DNA of 64,000 nucleotides from a virus (Duplodnaviria; Heunggongvirae; Uroviricota; Caudoviricetes): IMG/VR virus record IMGVR_UViG_3300008267_000033, positions 64,001 to 128,000 of that record; one strand, 5' to 3'. Shown piece by piece: positions 30,201 to 38,324 of this stretch (position 1 is its first letter; each line of letters starts with the position of its first letter). The notes under the pieces were generated by a model. It saw only the letters and a program-made list of their open reading frames with translations, ran no database searches and was not told where the DNA came from. The position numbers and the translations under genes were made by a program.

Positions 30201-30599
30201 ATAAATGCCCAGGCTGATGTGTGGTTGATCAGCAGGCTGAACATACAGTTCTACATCGGCACCACCAATTTTTATGTTGTGCTCGTTGTTGTATTGATAT
30301 TTCTTGGCTGAAAACAGTTCCTGATACACAGGATCATCAGGCATTGTGACCACAATGTGCAGGTCAATATCTGAGTTTTTTGTATAAGAGTAGGCTGCGT
30401 TTGAGCCTGATATGGTGATGTCTTCGACGTCAAGATCTTTGACACCCAAAAATTCTTGAAAGTCTTCAGCAATGGTGAGTAGTCGTTCACGCACTTCAGG
30501 AAGCAACTGCTCGTCTCGCCCCCAGATTCTGGGATTGAGACGGCGGTGAAACTTTACTGCGTCGCCAAGATTGTAAGAGTCCAACTCATGAATGTTCAT
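27210..30599 (-). CDS. Polyvalent multi-enzyme polyprotein (NTase, zincin peptidase, ParB-like, MNT, ART-like, basic tail)
   Basis: GSNAAYSYTKNSDIDL (Pol-beta NTase), AHELVH (HExxH), QDGHHR (ParB/Srx), HGSRATG..SDTD (minimal NTase), TPKGIYFYP...LGFTSVYD...EP.QGVVLDP (ART-like); modules joined by GVAE motifs. Confidence 0.7.
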   Translation of the reverse strand: MNIHELDSYNLGDAVKFHRRLNPRIWGRDEQLLPEVRERLLTIAEDFQEFLGVKDLDVEDITISGSNAAYSYTKNSDIDLHIVVTMPDDPVYQELFSAKKYQYNNEHNIKIGGADVELYVQPADQPHISLGIYSVQHNSWISIPQRKRARVDDACVRDKVADLDARIHDAVRSGDQSKMATLADKIKAMRQAGLEQQGEFGCENLAFKILRNSGCIKLLWDARRAAQDRKLSLREAPRQRFRYGFGEGMQSQPYSTSDGVAASTKSFLEDSESDDNIVQDFIKHVTTELGIDPAPEIHLHTDPEWSERNQSFGRYDPESHTLNVSMPNRHVMDVLRTVAHELVHCSQNQQHGQLPDDAGETGSRWENDANARAGIIMRDWANSHPEHFARDSLEEGASGYIPKNKREAAMPQYAMALSVDIKPGQTGKEANKLALNTGRNGEPGLLMKTVNLREDIENFPIANVRRANGAIGTQGVNIEQAADVLTHAAGMQVSPDMSMRQLVDALKADPAAQQRLRQFVQKNPITVSALPDGSYHLQDGHHRTFLLNLLGDETVPAVVKEGVAEGKQPGQPVVDAILKVMPIAQEIWFHGSRATGKHRKNSDTDILVVVPDDLVGDQYLGVVRILQKLSSHFDNHDIQPTHPGYNIHLIAQEEGQLLWSNKQGMAEARKNPDQNKKYGMGKYELAAFAEDIRDQENWGVSMTAEPKLGINPQVGISEDTPKGIYFYPLEYFIQMVNRYQPLPWGDNMPYMQLFQYDRSNEMTQQTQVDPAQLRQALSQYCPEKIIQQVLDEPDSLYDDTPYWMIYDCLSRLGTNDETNIVRWNKVLRDLGFTSVYDPGAGWIAYNEPTQGVVLDPRIIRQHKMFVNRNPKVKARQYDIQELADAIMYNGDYDRERQRQQIRYGDPAEVKARLDVAKSMLRPFLGKTEKQAKEMGLDQAIKTAGEKVIEILRNANKSVTEAALGNVLSWPEVVNKINSAMKATGWNGKREGEDTFLFTAKGQETDDQWYIMLIANQGNGMFSYALGTVEDGDPYLDDAFKDVLPTTDASVSELLNIIRDAFGLHEQGVTENFADGKNPGRKGLAKRSGVNTKASVSSLRKTAKNSSGEKQRMAHWLANMKAGRAKAKRK
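27389..28922 (-). repeat. GVAE junction motif, 3 copies (27389-27407, 28598-28616, 28904-28922)
   Basis: GAGCAAGGTGTCACGGAAA, AAGCAAGGCATGGCGGAAG, AAAGAAGGCGTGGCGGAGG. Confidence 0.85.
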
Positions 30600-30605
30600 A
30601 AGTTG

Positions 30606-30611
30606 TATTTA
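30606..30611 (-). promoter_or_regulatory. Late promoter core TAAATA
   Basis: 6 nt upstream of the ATG of 27210..30599; no SD. Confidence 0.6.
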
Positions 30612-30614
30612 CCG

Positions 30615-31550
30615 TTAGACTGCGGCAGCGGCTTTCTTGCTCTTCTTGCTGGCAGCCATCACTACAGGCTCGGGCACAGGTGCTGGTTCTCTGGCCAGTT
30701 CATGTCCTGCAGGCACTGCATTGTTGGGTAAACCTTCAACTGGTGTAACTGTGACTGCACTGGGCTCAAACATCTGCTTGAGATCTTTGTACAGTTGTTC
30801 ATGTGTGTTGTAGTCAAATGTGTAGGTGCCCACGTGACGCAACAGGATACGTTTGTCCACATACACGTTGCCGCCTAGATCCCGCCAGTTTTCACAGAAT
30901 GTCCAGTCTTCCGAATAGTAGCGGTTTTCACGCACAGCAGTGTCAAAGTAGGTTTTCATGTAAGGATTCAGTTCTTCAGGCAGGCCAATGTCATTGTTGA
31001 ACGGCTTGGTAGCAGGGTGTGCATTCAGCTTCTCAAACACATCACGCTTGATCAACAAGAAACCTGTGCCTGTTTTTGTGACTTCAATTAGTTTGCCATC
31101 TGGTTCGTCAGGTTGGCCAGGAATACCGTTCACGCACCATTTAACTGGCAGGCTCTTCATGGGATACAATCCGCCGATGACATCTTTTTGTGCGTCCAGC
31201 AGCACCAACAAATGCCAAGGTTCCCAGCCAATGTCAGCGTCAATAAACATCAAGTGTGTTGACTCTTTGGTGTGCAAGAACTTGGCTGTGAGTGTGTTAC
31301 GTGCTCGGCTGATCAATGATTCATTGGTCATGGTTTCCACAGTCCAGTCAATGTTGAGTTGACGGCACAAGTTGGCCCATTTGATATAACTCATAAAGCA
31401 TTGCTCTGTAAGTTGTCCACCATAACAAGGCATGCAAATATGCACTCGTGTGGTACGCAAATAATCAATGTTGACTTGAATGTTTGATTGATTGGTTTGG
31501 GCAGGATCGGTTGGTGGTGTTGTGGTCACCGGTACTTGAGGTTCTGACAT
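30615..31550 (-). CDS. GT-A fold glycosyltransferase-like protein
   Basis: HICMPCYGG, ESLISRARN, LMFIDADI (DxD), YSEDWTFC; TAAATA at 31575-31580 and GGAG RBS. Confidence 0.65.
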   Translation of the reverse strand: MSEPQVPVTTTPPTDPAQTNQSNIQVNIDYLRTTRVHICMPCYGGQLTEQCFMSYIKWANLCRQLNIDWTVETMTNESLISRARNTLTAKFLHTKESTHLMFIDADIGWEPWHLLVLLDAQKDVIGGLYPMKSLPVKWCVNGIPGQPDEPDGKLIEVTKTGTGFLLIKRDVFEKLNAHPATKPFNNDIGLPEELNPYMKTYFDTAVRENRYYSEDWTFCENWRDLGGNVYVDKRILLRHVGTYTFDYNTHEQLYKDLKQMFEPSAVTVTPVEGLPNNAVPAGHELAREPAPVPEPVVMAASKKSKKAAAAV

Positions 31551-31606
31551 GGGTTCTCCGTTAAAATATGCTAGTATTTAAAGATTATAACAGAGAGTAT
31601 TATTTT

Positions 31607-32254
31607 TTACGACCGACGTTCTTCCACGTAGTCTTCATAAGTGGCAGCCCAGCCTTGGTTCTCAGCAACTTCTGTGCCAATTGCTGTGTCTAGCATTTTG
31701 ACCACATTAGCGGCCAACTTGGGATTGCTTTGTGTCTTGGGATACAAGCTCATTATCAGGGCAGTTTTTCGTTTTTCATTCAGCTGAGGCCATGCTGCGC
31801 GGATTTCTGAGGCTGATGTCATGCCAGGTCCAAACTCCACAGTGGGCAAATAGGCCATGTAACCTTGTTGACTCATGGGTGCTGTGGAGTTTTTGTTGTA
31901 GGGCTGTAGATATGAAGGTTCACCGTTCTTTTTGACACCGCCGGGTCGGGGAGGTTTGTCTGCATCCTTTTGACTGCGAACAAAGATCAACTGTGTGTCT
32001 TCAGCATTGTATGGTGCTGTGATCTCAGTGGCTTGAAAAGGGCTTTTGACTTGCATGAATCTGCCTTTGTCTACCCCGGCTAACTGTGCTAGTTTTTCTT
32101 TGATCTGAAAAGGAAAAGGCCGAGCGCTGGTGTCGTTGGTAGCAGCCACATACACATCAGCGCCGGGAAATGCTGCTTTCGCTGACTGATACAAGGCAGC
32201 ATGTCCTGCGTGAAAAGGGTGAAAGCCACCGGGCATTATAACAACTTGTTTCAT
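31607..32254 (-). CDS. Cytidylyltransferase-like (HIGH) nucleotidyltransferase
   Basis: GGFHPFHAGH (HxGH) and TSASEIR; TAAATA 6 nt upstream. Confidence 0.75.
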   Translation of the reverse strand: MKQVVIMPGGFHPFHAGHAALYQSAKAAFPGADVYVAATNDTSARPFPFQIKEKLAQLAGVDKGRFMQVKSPFQATEITAPYNAEDTQLIFVRSQKDADKPPRPGGVKKNGEPSYLQPYNKNSTAPMSQQGYMAYLPTVEFGPGMTSASEIRAAWPQLNEKRKTALIMSLYPKTQSNPKLAANVVKMLDTAIGTEVAENQGWAATYEDYVEERRS

Positions 32255-32269
32255 ACCCTGTATTTATGG

Positions 32270-32704
32270 TTACATGTTTTCCAGCAGCCACAGGTAAATG
32301 GGTGTGGAGAACTTGAAGCTTATCACTCCATTACAACCTGCAATGCCGTGAAATGTGTCGTTGATGTCAGGCTGCGAGCCATTGAAATTGTGTTCATACA
32401 CACATTTTTCTAAAAACAACTGATTGATGTCAAGATCATCAATAATCACTTGCGACACTTCTACTGTGGCATCTTTAACAATACTTCCTGTGTCATCAAT
32501 CACAGTGTGTGCAGAAGTTTTGCCGCTGAGTATAATCCTTAATTCATGTTCACCATCATCGTCGTTAAAATCATGATTGAACGCTACAGGTTGATTTAGT
32601 TGTGGTACAGACAACAACAAAACATTGTCCATCCAAACTTCAGCAGTCATGGGGCACTGATCATCAGAGGATGACAGCACAAATTTGAAGTTTACAGTTT
32701 CCAA
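32270..32704 (-). CDS. Hypothetical beta-rich protein
   Basis: 144-aa ORF in the late operon. Confidence 0.6.
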   Translation of the reverse strand: METVNFKFVLSSSDDQCPMTAEVWMDNVLLLSVPQLNQPVAFNHDFNDDDGEHELRIILSGKTSAHTVIDDTGSIVKDATVEVSQVIIDDLDINQLFLEKCVYEHNFNGSQPDINDTFHGIAGCNGVISFKFSTPIYLWLLENM

Positions 32705-32722
32705 TTTTAACCTCGGGAAAGT

Positions 32723-33085
32723 TTAGTAAGTGATAGTAACGGCGTTGATAGTGCCGCCTGAAAATCCTTCAACTCGTACACGCATCCAGGTAAAGTTTCC
32801 TGTGACAGTGGCCGGGTGATAGTCGGTGAGTGGAATAGTACTGCCATCACCATATGTGTATGTGTCAAACCAGTTGGCTTCGGCAGGATTGTCGTCCAAG
32901 CAGGCTTCCAGGATCATGTCACCTTCAAATTGTGTGACGGAAAATGTGATGGTTTGTACACCACCACGTCCGCGATAGTAGTTGGCCGCTGTAACAGGGT
33001 CACTTGACCAGTCTTGACTGCTTCCGTCATAGTTGCCCGCGGGCGTACCATACACAGTGGTGTCAAGAATGGTTTTTGTGGTCAT
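32723..33085 (-). CDS. Hypothetical, probable virion structural protein
   Basis: 120 aa, Thr/Gly/Asp-rich beta-strand pattern. Confidence 0.6.
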   Translation of the reverse strand: MTTKTILDTTVYGTPAGNYDGSSQDWSSDPVTAANYYRGRGGVQTITFSVTQFEGDMILEACLDDNPAEANWFDTYTYGDGSTIPLTDYHPATVTGNFTWMRVRVEGFSGGTINAVTITY

Positions 33086-33249
33086 TGAACCTTGTCCGCT
33101 TCCACAACAACACCTGGACCTGTTAGTTCTTCAGCAACTGACTGCAGGGCAGCAACAATGTCAGCGGTGGCAATGTCGTCACCAGCATCGTTATCTTTGA
33201 TCAATTTTGAGAGTTTGATCACAACTACTTCTTCGTGTATTTTAGCCAT
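33082..33249 (-). CDS. Small hypothetical protein (55 aa; not in ORF track)
   Basis: MAKIHEEVVVIKLSKLIKD...VVVEADKVQ*; TAAATA (33257-33262) 7 nt upstream; stop overlaps the next ATG. Confidence 0.75.
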   Translation of the reverse strand: MAKIHEEVVVIKLSKLIKDNDAGDDIATADIVAALQSVAEELTGPGVVVEADKVQ

Positions 33250-33255
33250 AGTCAA

Positions 33256-33948
33256 CTATTTAGTCGTTTGAATGGGCATGGTCTTTCTTACAATGCCCGG
33301 CATCACTAGACTGATCATGGTGCCTTCGTTGGGATGATCATGATCCACAAAATAATGAGCTCGGGAGTAGTTGAGATTGTACCTAAAACTGCTGCTGCCT
33401 TTGAGCCATGCAATCAGTGCATCACAAGGTTGAAGTGTATCTTTTCTTGAATTTAAAAAATTAACCAGCATGGTTCGTTGTTCAAGACCGTATTTGCGTT
33501 CTCGAAGATATGTTCTGTAAGCATATTTTGATTCACGCAGTTGCACAACATTAACTGGTCGGGTGAGCACTGCCTGTCGTACCAGTCGAATCCTGACCCC
33601 GTCATTGCCCAGCGTGACCAATCGGTCAGCCAGGCCACGATGATTGGTGTACACGCTCACTGTCATAAAACTAACCACAGTTTTGAATGGTGCAATTTCG
33701 GACAAAAGCACCTCACGAGTTTCACGCAGGGCAGTTTCTTTGGTAATGCTCCAGGCTCGATTAGACCATCGATCACTCTCAGCCCAATGTTTGGCATTGA
33801 CAATGGCTCGTTCAAACTGAGAGGCATCCAGATTTCTCAAGCAAACAGCCTCTGAGATGTTGATGGTTATGCACCATTCATACTGAGCATAATACAGACT
33901 GCTACGATCGTCTAATTCAACTTTATACAACAATGATACCCTCAGCAT
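33256..33948 (-). CDS. Hypothetical protein
   Basis: 230-aa ORF overlapping the clpA end. Confidence 0.6.
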   Translation of the reverse strand: MLRVSLLYKVELDDRSSLYYAQYEWCITINISEAVCLRNLDASQFERAIVNAKHWAESDRWSNRAWSITKETALRETREVLLSEIAPFKTVVSFMTVSVYTNHRGLADRLVTLGNDGVRIRLVRQAVLTRPVNVVQLRESKYAYRTYLRERKYGLEQRTMLVNFLNSRKDTLQPCDALIAWLKGSSSFRYNLNYSRAHYFVDHDHPNEGTMISLVMPGIVRKTMPIQTTK

Positions 33949-36178
33949 TTACAGTGCTCACTGCATCCTGTTCTATCATGAACTCCACAGCATCCGCCTT
34001 CATCACTGCTGTGATCATGCAGTTTTCCAATCGATCAAACAACATCTGCTTTGACAACGGCACACGGATCAGTTCATCAATCTTGCGTGATAAAGGCCGT
34101 GCGCCCATTTTTGAATCGTATCCTTTGTCAGCCAAGTGATCAATCACAGGCTCAGTCAACACTAAGCGGATATTTTTGTGTGTCATGCTGGCCTTGAGTT
34201 CGTCCACAAACTTCACAACAATCTTCTTGATAGCAAGTGTGTCTAACTTGGTGAACTTGCAGATCCGGTCAATACGATTGCGCAGTTCTGGACGGAAGAA
34301 GTCTTTCATTGCACGATCTTCTTCGCCTGACTTCTCCAGGCTACCAAAACCAATGTTGTTGGCATCGTTGGCCTGTGCGCCTAGATTAGACGTCATGATG
34401 ATGATGCAGTTCTTAACATCTACTCGTTTGCCATTTGCTGAAGTAATGTGCCCTTCATCCAACATCTGCAACAGGATGTTGGTCACATCCGAGTGTGCTT
34501 TTTCAATTTCATCGAACAATATTACAGCATAAGGGTTCTTGCTGATATCAGAGATCAGTTTGCCACCGCCTATGTTGCCATCTTCAAAGCCCACGTAGCC
34601 GGGAGGTGCACCGATTAGGCTTGACACTGTGTGCTTTTCTTGATACTCACTCATGTCGTAACGCAACAGTTTCATTTCCAAGTGTTCGCTTAGGAGTTTG
34701 GCCAGTTCAGTTTTGCCTGTGCCTGTTGGACCAAGGAACAAGAAACTGCTGATGGGACGTTTTGCATTACCAATGCCAGCAAAATTAATGTACACACGTT
34801 CCAGCACAGCCTCCACAGCTGAATCTTGTCCGTACAATTTCTGTTTGATGTTGCTTTCTAAGTCCACAATCTTTGCACTTCGTTCATTCTGCAGTCGGTC
34901 CACTGGCACACCAGCCACGCGGCTTACCTGTGCTTGGATCATTTCTTTGGTAACTGTAACAGTGCCTTCGTCTTTCACACGCTCACGTGCGCATGATGCG
35001 TCCAGCAAGTCAATGGCTTTGTCAGGATTTTTACGATCGTGAATGTAACGATTGGCCAGTTCTACCGAAGCCATGATAGCATCAGTGTCAATCATGACAT
35101 CATGAAACTTTTCCAATCTAGGACTTAATCCAATCAAGATCTTTTCTGTGGTGTCCGTATCAGGCTCGTCGATACTGAGTCTGTAGAATCTGCGCATGAG
35201 TGCGCGATCTTTTTCAAATGATTCGTAGTATTCTTCCCATGTGGTTGATGCTATCACTTTCAAATGGCCTTTGGTGATTGCGGGTTTTAACATGTTGGCA
35301 AAGTCTAGGCTGCTGTTTGAGCCAGAGCCTGCACCTTTCATGGTGTGTGCTTCGTCAATGAACAGGATACATTTTTTCTTTGTCTCCAAGGCAGCAATTA
35401 CAGCCTTGAATTTTTCTTCAAACTCACCACGATACTTGGATCCTGCCAACAGCGATCCAATCTCAAGACCCCATACTTCGTGATCTTGAATGAACCGGGG
35501 CACACGTCCGGCAATGATCTCCTGCGCTAAGCCGTCCACAATACAGGTCTTGCCCACACCAGGATCGCCTACCATGAGCACGTTGGCTTTGAAGCGTCGA
35601 GCCATCACAGTGATCATTTCGTGCAGTTCAGTCTGACGTCCAATCAAGGGTTCCAACTGATCATTCTTGGCCTGTTCAGTCAAGTTGGTACAGTACTCGT
35701 TCAAGATGTCATTGGCTTGATTCATGTTCATCTTGGATGCTTCACCAGCTGTGTAATTCTTGGCAAAGAACTCAGAGAATTCAGTCTTCTTCACACCATA
35801 TTTCAACAAGAAGTAGTGTGCATGACTGTTGGTTTCAGCCATGATGCTCAAGTACAAATCCAATGTGGTCAAGGTTCTACGTCCTGTGAACATGACCTGC
35901 ACATTAGCACGGTTGAACAAGCGTTCCAGGGTTTGTGTTTTTCTTGGTTGCAAATTTACATCGTCTTTGACGATGCCTTTCATGCCGTTCAAATAAACAT
36001 TTATTTCTTGATCCATTTGTTTGACCTCTACACCAAACCGATCTAGAATTTTATGAAATGGTGCATGCCTAATCAAACTCAACAGCACATGTTCTGTTGT
36101 GACATATTCGTGCAATTTCTCACGAGCAATTTTTACTGCTTGTTCTACAATGTGTTCAATTTCGGGATTGTTTTGCAT
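33923..36178 (-). CDS. clpA: ClpA-like Hsp100 AAA+ unfoldase
   Basis: Clp N-domain; AAA1 GDPGVGKT/FIDEAH; AAA2 GPTGTGKT/LFDEIEKAH; no ClpB middle domain; IGF loop (NNIGFG); GARPL. Confidence 0.9.
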   Translation of the reverse strand: MQNNPEIEHIVEQAVKIAREKLHEYVTTEHVLLSLIRHAPFHKILDRFGVEVKQMDQEINVYLNGMKGIVKDDVNLQPRKTQTLERLFNRANVQVMFTGRRTLTTLDLYLSIMAETNSHAHYFLLKYGVKKTEFSEFFAKNYTAGEASKMNMNQANDILNEYCTNLTEQAKNDQLEPLIGRQTELHEMITVMARRFKANVLMVGDPGVGKTCIVDGLAQEIIAGRVPRFIQDHEVWGLEIGSLLAGSKYRGEFEEKFKAVIAALETKKKCILFIDEAHTMKGAGSGSNSSLDFANMLKPAITKGHLKVIASTTWEEYYESFEKDRALMRRFYRLSIDEPDTDTTEKILIGLSPRLEKFHDVMIDTDAIMASVELANRYIHDRKNPDKAIDLLDASCARERVKDEGTVTVTKEMIQAQVSRVAGVPVDRLQNERSAKIVDLESNIKQKLYGQDSAVEAVLERVYINFAGIGNAKRPISSFLFLGPTGTGKTELAKLLSEHLEMKLLRYDMSEYQEKHTVSSLIGAPPGYVGFEDGNIGGGKLISDISKNPYAVILFDEIEKAHSDVTNILLQMLDEGHITSANGKRVDVKNCIIIMTSNLGAQANDANNIGFGSLEKSGEEDRAMKDFFRPELRNRIDRICKFTKLDTLAIKKIVVKFVDELKASMTHKNIRLVLTEPVIDHLADKGYDSKMGARPLSRKIDELIRVPLSKQMLFDRLENCMITAVMKADAVEFMIEQDAVSTVNAEGIIVV

Positions 36179-36204
36179 GATGTCCTTGAGTAGTCCTATG
36201 AGTT

Positions 36205-36233
36205 ATTATATGCTATTTTGCTATTGGGTGCAA
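36205..36233 (-). promoter_or_regulatory. Sigma70-like promoter for clpA
   Basis: TTGCAC, 17 nt, TATAAT; same -35 as the clamp promoter. Confidence 0.72.
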
Positions 36234-36253
36234 CCTGTGCTGTGCCAAAATAT

Positions 36254-37039
36254 TTATTCATGGTGCTTTTGAATAACATCAATGATTTCGGGTGCAATGT
36301 TGTCTGGAATTGATGCCTGCAACTTTATAAGAATGTCTCCGGTGTTGCCATGGCGATCCCGTAGTCCTTGTGCTTTTAATCTTAACACAGTTCCAGGTTG
36401 TGTTCTAGCAGGTACTCGAGTGCTCAATGTTTTTCCAGTTAAGGTGTTTATGGTAAGATCACCGCCCAGGATCAAATTCCAAATGTCAATTCGGACTTCC
36501 TGTGCAAGATTCAGTTTATCACGCTGCCAAGTTTGATTCGGACTTACTCTAAATTGTGCCACCAGGTCAGCACCGCCCGGACCAATGCCTTCGTACTGCA
36601 CATTGTCACCGTCATTGATGCCCAAAGGTATGTCAATTTCCACTGCACTCACACCGCTTTGTGTGCCCAGGCTCACTGTGCGTTTGCCACCAGTGGCCAC
36701 ATCCAGCAATGAGATCCACAATGTCATTCTCACATGACTGCGACGAGGATGTTGATGTTGTTGTGCAAACTGCTGCCCGAACATTTGCCCAAAGATGTCA
36801 TTGATGTTTACGCCACCCGGATGTCCTTGGAATCCCGAAAACTGTGGTCTGGGATTGTCATACTCGGCACGTTTTTGTTCGTCACCCAGTGTGGCATAGG
36901 CTTCCTGTATGGCCTGAAACTTTTGAGTGTCGCCACCCTTGTCCGGATGGTGCTGACTGGCCAACTTACGAAAGGCTCGTTTGATATCGTCAGCAGTGGC
37001 AGTTTTTGGCACGCCTAGTGCGGCGTAGTAGTCGGTCAT
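36254..37039 (-). CDS. dnaJ: Class B J-domain protein (DnaJ/CbpA-like)
   Basis: J-domain with HPD motif, G/F-rich linker, C-terminal domain without zinc finger. Confidence 0.9.
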   Translation of the reverse strand: MTDYYAALGVPKTATADDIKRAFRKLASQHHPDKGGDTQKFQAIQEAYATLGDEQKRAEYDNPRPQFSGFQGHPGGVNINDIFGQMFGQQFAQQHQHPRRSHVRMTLWISLLDVATGGKRTVSLGTQSGVSAVEIDIPLGINDGDNVQYEGIGPGGADLVAQFRVSPNQTWQRDKLNLAQEVRIDIWNLILGGDLTINTLTGKTLSTRVPARTQPGTVLRLKAQGLRDRHGNTGDILIKLQASIPDNIAPEIIDVIQKHHE

Positions 37040-37060
37040 AAGAAAAGTCCTGTACAGTTA

Positions 37061-37089
37061 ATTATACAGGACCCTGGCTTGGTTGTCAA
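37061..37089 (-). promoter_or_regulatory. Consensus sigma70 promoter for dnaJ
   Basis: Perfect TTGACA (37089-37084), 17 nt, TATAAT (37066-37061). Confidence 0.85.
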
Positions 37090-37305
37090 TTATTTCTTTT
37101 CAGGTACTGGGGTGCCTTCTAGTTTCTTGTGTACTTTGATTTTTTTGCAATCTTGTGCAGGTTTGTTGGTCTTTTTGTCTACGACTACTTTGCCAGCTTT
37201 GTCTTTTCGGTCTTTGCAAACTTCTTTGATTTCGGCAGCGGCAAACACAGGAGTGGCAGCGACCGAGCCTATGGCTAGTGCGACGGATAATATGATTGTT
37301 TTCAT
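37090..37305 (-). CDS. Small exported Lys-rich protein
   Basis: Signal peptide MKTIILSVALAIGSVAATPVFA; two Cys. Confidence 0.65.
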   Translation of the reverse strand: MKTIILSVALAIGSVAATPVFAAAEIKEVCKDRKDKAGKVVVDKKTNKPAQDCKKIKVHKKLEGTPVPEKK

Positions 37306-37317
37306 TGTGATTCCTTT

Positions 37318-37764
37318 TTAGAGTTCTGGGTAGTCGGGCTCAGGTGGTGCTTTTTTTCCGCCGAAGCCTGTGGTAACTGCTGCTGGAGCAGGTGCGAAAC
37401 TGGGTTCAATTTTTGTGCCGGCTGGTGCAGAGACAAAGCTCATGCTGGGCGCAGGTGTTGGCAACGGCGTGCCTGGTGCTGTGGGATTCACAGCGGCTCC
37501 GGCCAGTTTTTCTTGTGTGCGACCAAATGCAGCAATGCCTAGCACTGCGCCCATGGCAATGTGGAATAGTCCTGCGCCTTGCAAGGTGAGTGGCTGCCAC
37601 TGTGTGATTGAGGTGTTTTGAAACATCTGCAACATGGCCCACAGCACTGGGAATATGGCCATGTCCAGTGTACAGATACCCATGTACATCCATCCCATAG
37701 CTGGGCGCCATTTTTTCTGCATCCAATCTTCGTCTTTCTTTTCTGGTTTTTGTTCTTGTGACAT
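37318..37764 (-). CDS. Holin (3TM/GTA-type-like)
   Basis: WMQKKWRPAMGWMY, two hydrophobic segments, GIAAFGRTQEK; TATAAATA at 37783-37790 and AAGGAG RBS. Confidence 0.7.
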   Translation of the reverse strand: MSQEQKPEKKDEDWMQKKWRPAMGWMYMGICTLDMAIFPVLWAMLQMFQNTSITQWQPLTLQGAGLFHIAMGAVLGIAAFGRTQEKLAGAAVNPTAPGTPLPTPAPSMSFVSAPAGTKIEPSFAPAPAAVTTGFGGKKAPPEPDYPEL

Positions 37765-37848
37765 GTGGGGCTCCTTTAGGAATATTTATAACTTTTGGGT
37801 TAGATAACTGCTGTGTAATATTTGTGCAATATTGTTTTAAATAATAAT

Positions 37849-37992
37849 ATGGCTAAGTCTCAATCTGACCAACTGTACGAATATCTTTCCATGGTAAAAC
37901 GTCCTTGGCTGTTTCTTGTGTCAGTGTTTAGCATGTTCCTAGTTATCTCTGCCATAGTGTTGAGTGCTGTGTGGTTTTATGTTCGCCACTAA
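37849..37992 (+). CDS. Antisense single-TM microprotein (47 aa; not in ORF track)
   Basis: MAKSQSDQLYEYLSMVKRPWLFLVSVFSMFLVISAIVLSAVWFYVRH*; TAAATA (37838-37843) 5 nt upstream. Confidence 0.65.
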   Translation: MAKSQSDQLYEYLSMVKRPWLFLVSVFSMFLVISAIVLSAVWFYVRH

Positions 37993-38324
37993 TGTTTTCT
38001 AGGGTGTTTGACAAACCATTGCTCTAGTTGTTCTAAATCCAAATCACCGTCAAAGTGTTTTTTGAACCCCCGATAGAATCGTATTTTTTCTGGGTCGCCT
38101 GCAAAGCGAGCCATGACTTGCTCTTCTTCCATGTGTGCTTGACGAAACTCTAGCAATAGTTCTTGATATGAATAATACGCAAACAACACAAAGCAAGTCA
38201 CAAACAATACTATGGCAAAGAACGCATTCAAGTATGCATGAAACACAATCAGCACCGCAGGTACGGCAAACACAGCCAGTATGGTGCCCAAGATCAACAA
38301 CAAGGTTTTAACGACTGGACTCAT
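37989..38324 (-). CDS. Membrane protein (2 TM)
   Basis: Start moved to MSPVVK (38324); long hydrophobic N-terminal half. Confidence 0.6.
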   Translation of the reverse strand: MSPVVKTLLLILGTILAVFAVPAVLIVFHAYLNAFFAIVLFVTCFVLFAYYSYQELLLEFRQAHMEEEQVMARFAGDPEKIRFYRGFKKHFDGDLDLEQLEQWFVKHPRKH

